NCBI GenBank assembly: GCA_965644315.1 | Contig: CBFFRQ010000197.1 | Span: forward strand, 1 to 52,669 | DNA: 52,669 nucleotides | DNA from: Caecitellus pseudoparvulus | Lineage: Eukaryota; Protista; Bigyra: Bicosoecida | Direction: 5' to 3' | Shown here: piece by piece, positions 47,701-52,669 of the stretch | Position numbering within the stretch: the first letter of the stretch is position 1 | Layout of the letters: the number at the start of each line of letters is the position of its first letter | Notes under the pieces: model-generated | Told to the model about the DNA's origin: nothing | What the model saw: the letters and a program-made list of their open reading frames with translations, nothing else | Database searches by the model: none | Program-made: the position numbers and the translations under genes

Positions 47701-50700
47701 AGGGAAGCCACACTGCCACACCATGAGCAGGATGTCCAGCACCGGCACCAGCAATATGCCGCAGAACACGTAGAAGAAGAAGACACCCCACTCGTAACCA
47801 GCCATGCTGGCGCGCACGGCATCGTCTTGCTCTGGCTGCAGGCCTTCGTTTGGTGTAGGGCGCAAGTACCCCTTGAGCTTCAAAGGCTTCTTGGGGTCAC
47901 GCACTTCATCCTCAGAGTCTGAAAGTCCGCCTGTGTGGTCCACTGGCTGGGCCCGAAGCTGGCCGTCTTGCTTAGCAGGAGAGCCACCAGGGGGGCCGCC
48001 TGAGCTGCTGTGCGAGCTGCCAGTTTCCCCATCGCTTTCAGAGTCAGAGGATGGGGCGTGGGCCATAACCCGCTTTCGCGCCTCCCGGCCTCGCAGCCGC
48101 TGTACCTTGTCTCCCCTCACACGGGCGTACCACAACCGCAAAATGAGCAGCAGGACGATGATCACACCAAACAGCCCGAAGAAAGTCCAGAAAACTCCAA
48201 CGTTGCGGACCGCTGTCAAGACAACAAGGCGCAGGATTGCTTTCAGGGGAACGTAGGGGTGCCACGGGACAGCCGCAATGAACAATGGGCCAGCAAGCAT
48301 CGCTGCTTCGGCATTCAGGGCAAAGAGGAAGAGGTGGTTTCTCCAATTGTGCCACAGCTGGGGAGTTCCTGCCAGCCATCCTGTTGGCTTCCACACTGTC
48401 CCATAGTCTGCTCGCTTCATGTAGAGGGCCAGCACAATCATCACAAGCAACAACCACACTGTCAGAACTGCCGTTGCAATCCACTGCTCTGGGGAAGTGT
48501 CCAAGGGAAGCTTGACTGAGACAGCAAACTGGGTATTTGCAGCCTCGCACAAAGCCAAGGCGGCGGCGTTGGTGCATGCCTGCTCATTACAGCGGCGAGT
48601 TTCCTCGAGCGCTGGGCAGGCGGCACCCCCGTAGGTCGCGGGCACCGTGACATTTCGGGATCGAGTCTGAGTTCCATTGCCGCATGTTCGCGTGCAAGTG
48701 CTCCAGTTGCCCCAGGCAGACACTTGGCACTCACCAGCACACGTACCAGTCAAAGCTGGAGGAAGGGCTGAGTACTGGGAGCCGTTGACTCGGTCGCACA
48801 GCTCGGGGGCATCCTCGCACAGAAGTCCACGACAGAATGGATCTGTCGCATTGGCGCCATTCGGGCTGACATCGCATGAGCACTGCCCGCCGGAATCCGA
48901 AAGACACTGGCCTTGGCCATGACACTGGTCAGCAGGTGCGGCTGTGCTATCACAAGAGCAGCAGCTATCGCCTAGCCACCCAGGGGAACACTCACAGCGA
49001 GCCTCTCCCCCTGTGAGAGACAGTGGGACGCAGCGGCCGTTCCCAGCACACGAAATCTGCGCGTCGCAAACCACACTCAGTCCGGCCACTGCAGCTGACA
49101 CAGATGTCCTGCGGTGCTCCACAGACCCAGCGCTTGCTGCAGAAGAATGGTACTGTGCAAGCGCGGCGTGAGGCAGCAGCAAACCTGGAGCGAGGGCAGG
49201 AAGTGCTGCCGGGGAAAGGACGAGACGAGCTTCCTGGCCAGGGTACAGCTCAGGAATCGTGACTGCCATGACATCAAACTGAACTTCATCGACAGCCTGC
49301 AGCCTTCGTCCGCGGGAAGCAAGCTCTGCGCCATAAGTTCCCAGACGGCGCCCTTGGCTTCGGAGTGTCAAGTTGAAATCGACACCAGGATCCCCGACAA
49401 CAGGAGCTCGCTTCGGCAGCTCCGTGACGTTGAAAACGGACGTCAAGTTAGACCGAGGAACGGCAACTTGGGTGTACAAGTGAGCCTCAGTGGACCCGAT
49501 GGGGCCGAACACAGGCGTTGAAGTGTTCCACACAGTGCTGTTGTACGTGACATTCTGCACGGTGGTGATGGACTCTGCAGGGTCGCCGAGGCGCAAGAAG
49601 CCCGTTGGAACTGCAAACACGATCAGGACATCCAAAGCTCTGGCTTTCGTGGTGTCATTCCGAGCTGTCAACACGATCGTTGCATCGTATGGTTGCTCTG
49701 TGTTCACGGAGTCAGGGTGCACGACAATGTCAATGTCAAGTGCAATGGTATCCACCAAGCTGATTCCGCCAACGCCTGAAATGCCGTCAGGTCCAGGGAG
49801 AGACCCCAATGAAATCCCCTGGATGAGCCCCTGAGAAGTGGTCACATTGGCGGAGAGCCCACCACTGCAGCATGTGGCAGAGGGTTCACCCACTACAACA
49901 GCGCCAAACCGGACCACAGCAGTCGCAGGCTGGGGCCCTGAACCTGTGTTCTTCAGCGGGCAAAGGTGCAACTGAACAGACTGCCCATCACTTGAAACCA
50001 GTGCTGGCCCAGGAGACACGCCTGGCGGGCACTCTTGCACCACTCCAGGAGACAAGATAATGTCAAACTCCGAGCCGATGTCCAGGAATGGCTCCGAACC
50101 CGTGACCTCCAAGTCAACCACTAGGCCCTTTGATGTACCCACAGGAAGCGTCAGGACAGCTTCCAGATCAACAGAGTCACCCTGGCTCACTGAGTCTGGG
50201 GATGGGTCAGCATCAGCAGGCCGCATTCGCACACCCACATCAGGGGTCGTGGTCGGGATCGTTGCCTGTGGAACGATCTCATGAGGCGCCACACTGTACT
50301 GCCTGCCGCTACCGTTCGGACCTGAGTTGTAAGTCATGGACATGTTCGTAGTGATTGGCGCACCCACTTCAATGTTGGGGGTCAGCTTTAGGCCCCACCG
50401 AACTGACACCTCTTCCCCTGCTGCAAGAACAGGCTGAGAATAGATCAAGCCTGAGCTTGGGTCAACGCCAGACGACCCAGACACCAGTGAACCATTCCTA
50501 AATACAACCACACCGTCAACTTCCACAAAGTCCAGTGTGTACAAATCATCCTCCAACAAGCCCAAGTCATACAGGCTGACGTCGTAGCCAGAGCTGTTGA
50601 AAGGCTTGGACTGCTGCTTGAGAGTTGTGTTGAACTCCAGCACCTCCAGCCCTGCTGCAGGCGGCTGGGCTGCTGGTCCAATGACAGCTGGCTCAACGCT

Positions 50701-52669
50701 TGGCTCCACAATCCGGATTGGGACAGAGGAGCTTGGCATCGTCACAATCTGAGCAACACTGCGGTTCGCACCTGCCATGAAGGAGAAAGAAAAGTCAGTC
50801 CTGACAGTCAAGCCTGCTTGTGCGCTTGGTGTGTCCTGCACAACACCAAGGATGCTGCCGAACCAGTACTCATCAGACACGTCGTCCTGAGCAGTGTTGC
50901 GAACATCTCCGAACGTCAGGTTCAAGACCCGTCCATCCACTGAAACAGCCTCTGACCCGACCAAGGTCGCGAGCGAAGCGGTGGTCGGAGCAGACCAAAC
51001 TCGAACTGATTCGTTCGCGGAACTCTGCAGGCGGGTGACATTCAATAGCTTTACGATTCCCGCCGAGTCCAAAGCAGCAGCAAGTGCGACTGAGGGCAAG
51101 GTACCCTGAGGGACGGAAATGTTGAACCACACCTCGACTTGCTGACCAATAGCCAAACGGATGTCGCTTCCGATCGGCTGGATGGCTGGAGCAATCTCAG
51201 AAACGATGTACTCTGGTGAAACAGAAATGCTTGGAAGAGCTGGAGAAGTCAGAATGGGCGGTTCGCCGTCAGCGGGCACCTCATACGCCCGTGGGGTCGT
51301 CTCGAATGACGGGGCTGTTGAAGATGACAACACCCAAACGTCAGGCAGGGACTCTTGACCAGGGATTACATCAGCCCCTAGCTGAAGAAGCAGCGTCACG
51401 TTCAAGGAGGAAGAAGTGTTCAGCCTGGTTGAAATGTTTGCGATGACACCTGACGGGCCAGGAGCGGCAGAGAACGGAACCGGCATCCCGTCCACAAGCA
51501 CGCCGCTCACGGAATACAGCTCGTTGCCGGCAGCAAAGTTGCCGTTCACATCCACAAGGACGAGCGCGTGTGCAGAGGATGAAGAGACGTTTGCATGGCT
51601 CACGATGCCACTCAGCGCAACAACATCCCCTGCATCCCCTGCAAACGTGAGGGGCGTCAGCTCGCTCAGAGACACCGAAGGCTCGACAACATTCAGCGCA
51701 GCAGCAGTTGCCCCGAGAACAAGAGGGTCATTCACAGCGTCTGTTGTCAAAGAGGTAGAACTCAGGACGGAAGCACCGGCTTGCAGATTAAGGTCGCTAG
51801 CTTGCGATTCGGCGCGGAGTGTAACACGCAACGACATGTTCCCAGCGGAAGCCCCCAACTCGGCATTCGTCAAAGCCCCGATGCCGACAGGCACCAGTAA
51901 GCTGCCAGACAATGGATCGAAGACTGATGCTCCAAGCTCCAGTGCAGGCAAGACAGAGGCTGACCCATTCAGCTGGAAGTGAGCCGAGGAAGCACCCGCG
52001 ATGCTCCCTTCTGAAGAGCTGGCTACCGCCTCCACGATCTGCAGTGATGCAACTTGCTGACTGGCGGCAGGAGCTAACGCCTCGGACAGGACAGTCAAGT
52101 TCAACGTAACAGAAGCATTGTACACAGATCCAGGAGGCAACAGAAGTTCAAACGTGAAAAACCCAAAGTCACCGACGGCCAAATCATGCATAGCCTCTGA
52201 GCTGCTCCCTCCCGCGCTAACCAGGGATGTTGTCGGAAGCACCGTAGAGACAGTCACATTCTCAGAGGCATCACTCGAGTAATACCGTGCAGGGAACGAA
52301 GACGCACTTGAAGCCCAGTGACCAGACATCAGGGATTGTACGACAGTACCAAGCTCAACTTGGGCTTCCAGAGCAAACCAGTACTGAAGCAAGAGAACAC
52401 CGCCAACTTGAAGTGAAGGATACTGCGCGATGCTTCCGTTGCCATGCAATAGCGACCCGTTAGCGACAACGTCAAAAACTTCTGTACCATTCCACGCCAG
52501 ACGTACTGGGCGAAGTGCGCCAGGTCCCCCTTGTTGAGAATCAAGCACTTGGATCTGCCAAGCAGGACTGGTTGACAGTGCAGTGTGCCGGATTACAACC
52601 TCAGTCATTAGCAGCTGTGCCGCATGCACTGGACCAAACTCGGTCTCCCCAACAACAAAAAACTCCAAG
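44779..52669 (-). CDS. Giant cell-surface multi-pass membrane protein (5' end outside the window): Ig/DUF11-like beta repeats, RRL motifs, EGF-like, TSP1, TM bundle, acidic repetitive cytoplasmic tail
   Basis: Open for >2,600 codons. EGF-like CAGNGRC...CECSPGWLGDSC; TSP1 CQVSAWGNWSTCTRTCGNGTQTRSRNV...CP; many hydrophobic helices; GRRLG/GRRLQ motifs; many N-x-S/T sites. Confidence 0.88.
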   Translation of the reverse strand, partial: LEFFVVGETEFGPVHAAQLLMTEVVIRHTALSTSPAWQIQVLDSQQGGPGALRPVRLAWNGTEVFDVVANGSLLHGNGSIAQYPSLQVGGVLLLQYWFALEAQVELGTVVQSLMSGHWASSASSFPARYYSSDASENVTVSTVLPTTSLVSAGGSSSEAMHDLAVGDFGFFTFELLLPPGSVYNASVTLNLTVLSEALAPAASQQVASLQIVEAVASSSEGSIAGASSAHFQLNGSASVLPALELGASVFDPLSGSLLVPVGIGALTNAELGASAGNMSLRVTLRAESQASDLNLQAGASVLSSTSLTTDAVNDPLVLGATAAALNVVEPSVSLSELTPLTFAGDAGDVVALSGIVSHANVSSSSAHALVLVDVNGNFAAGNELYSVSGVLVDGMPVPFSAAPGPSGVIANISTRLNTSSSLNVTLLLQLGADVIPGQESLPDVWVLSSSTAPSFETTPRAYEVPADGEPPILTSPALPSISVSPEYIVSEIAPAIQPIGSDIRLAIGQQVEVWFNISVPQGTLPSVALAAALDSAGIVKLLNVTRLQSSANESVRVWSAPTTASLATLVGSEAVSVDGRVLNLTFGDVRNTAQDDVSDEYWFGSILGVVQDTPSAQAGLTVRTDFSFSFMAGANRSVAQIVTMPSSSVPIRIVEPSVEPAVIGPAAQPPAAGLEVLEFNTTLKQQSKPFNSSGYDVSLYDLGLLEDDLYTLDFVEVDGVVVFRNGSLVSGSSGVDPSSGLIYSQPVLAAGEEVSVRWGLKLTPNIEVGAPITTNMSMTYNSGPNGSGRQYSVAPHEIVPQATIPTTTPDVGVRMRPADADPSPDSVSQGDSVDLEAVLTLPVGTSKGLVVDLEVTGSEPFLDIGSEFDIILSPGVVQECPPGVSPGPALVSSDGQSVQLHLCPLKNTGSGPQPATAVVRFGAVVVGEPSATCCSGGLSANVTTSQGLIQGISLGSLPGPDGISGVGGISLVDTIALDIDIVVHPDSVNTEQPYDATIVLTARNDTTKARALDVLIVFAVPTGFLRLGDPAESITTVQNVTYNSTVWNTSTPVFGPIGSTEAHLYTQVAVPRSNLTSVFNVTELPKRAPVVGDPGVDFNLTLRSQGRRLGTYGAELASRGRRLQAVDEVQFDVMAVTIPELYPGQEARLVLSPAALPALAPGLLLPHAALAQYHSSAASAGSVEHRRTSVSAAVAGLSVVCDAQISCAGNGRCVPLSLTGGEARCECSPGWLGDSCCSCDSTAAPADQCHGQGQCLSDSGGQCSCDVSPNGANATDPFCRGLLCEDAPELCDRVNGSQYSALPPALTGTCAGECQVSAWGNWSTCTRTCGNGTQTRSRNVTVPATYGGAACPALEETRRCNEQACTNAAALALCEAANTQFAVSVKLPLDTSPEQWIATAVLTVWLLLVMIVLALYMKRADYGTVWKPTGWLAGTPQLWHNWRNHLFLFALNAEAAMLAGPLFIAAVPWHPYVPLKAILRLVVLTAVRNVGVFWTFFGLFGVIIVLLLILRLWYARVRGDKVQRLRGREARKRVMAHAPSSDSESDGETGSSHSSSGGPPGGSPAKQDGQLRAQPVDHTGGLSDSEDEVRDPKKPLKLKGYLRPTPNEGLQPEQDDAVRASMAGYEWGVFFFYVFCGILLVPVLDILLMVWQCGFPWGGYRFGADALQCFPVACWHWRHIATMVVSGILLAIVLPLAAASLSIQFRWDEVNLDIAPLSVLDIDGRQLPRVPRRAWLREAAKRWMDKLEVQMAPSFALVLVAAKITVAYCGIILARSVPIAAFVVAGLTLSGVLVWVVRNPPLTLHRLRRLPQFMFFLSALTVWLLFLVYLIDGSEYEDDQAPEAVVDNFDQLAAGKPMTITALVLLLVAIAVCTAIWLVEEAKEHPGLNLFRHFKDFDPTPKGAKVAPEPMSDSEDSDGEESSSRVAPIPGDDMLAVHDVLGTLSSEEEEEPVRTVHVPDQREPVLVGWRVLQDDQQVEVARLEVVDPASVEAAGRYGEWQSEHFVVVQDAASMHHRVPSHQPLHAASGAWRFADDTLYVQGAGEDGEDVALAWTPGTAVPASGAWKLSTEYVVSGDRGQEVSRVETSEPMVGAAPSGRWAFLAVDEDTSDSESSGPGRGAVIDAFAFAAESSSSEDEAVAAYTPRMSQGGVWRSTPNKVALAPLGKPKAAAGPADLAMAKPPKPDTALVGWRLLEDDEGHQAAKLPVYTGADTRWTRGRWNVEHFVVVQDAAGKHHRVPSHQPLHAASGAWRFADDTLYVQGAGGDGEDVALAWTPGTAVPASGAWKLSTEYVVSGDRGQEVSRVETSEPMVGAAPSGKWRYVALGAEPEPAPASGGWAVSTARNPRWAVVDADESSDASEDSESDAVTQAMIKAMADELTLTTVSSRWNLQSAVSQETDASEALSETDAVRVLLAGSGDVVHRQVVPESDPLGSVPRGRWRLAYFVVVQDAAGKHHRVPSHQPLHAASGAWRFADDTLYVQGAGEDGEDVALAWTPGTAVPASGAWKLSTEYVVSGDRGQEVSRVETSEPIVDPTLRRGTWILRTAVAADAAAGAASGLMQGTVWRKTEATGDRAVIHAFGFHESTGDSDSDSSTADVEGGFDLVGALVEDAHTEVHRDGEGDDDWE
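45071..46657 (-). repeat. Three near-identical ~261-bp coding repeats (45071-45332, 45734-45995, 46397-46657) with 663-bp period
   Basis: Each encodes FVVVQDAAGKHHRVPSHQPLHAASGAWRFADDTLYVQGAG...RVETSEP with only a few substitutions. Confidence 0.95.

Overview
This is a eukaryotic chromosome end from a GC-rich, intron-poor organism, probably a protist (not identifiable from sequence alone). Bases 1-1352 are a (CCCTAA)n telomere. Directly inside it lies a 13.5-kb head-to-tail array of three non-LTR retrotransposon copies from two diverged families (single ORF: APE endonuclease, reverse transcriptase, CCHC). All three have their 5' ends toward the telomere. Copies 1 and 3 are clearly 5'-truncated and copy 2 probably is. 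None shows a poly(A) tail or target-site duplication. Each ends in a conserved ~200-nt structured 3' RNA domain with compensatory base changes, fused to CTAACC. The innermost copy joins unique DNA through only CTAACC and interrupts a host reading frame. This suggests telomere-templated, end-capping retrotransposons that coexist with telomerase-type repeats, and it is the main candidate for a novel system. The subtelomere holds a birth-and-death family of atypical ankyrin-repeat genes with a conserved C-terminal motif, an EF-hand membrane protein, an ankyrin-XK (scramblase-like) fusion, a ~4,400-aa RNF213-like AAA+ protein, and the 3' part of a giant Ig-like/EGF/TSP1 multi-pass surface protein.
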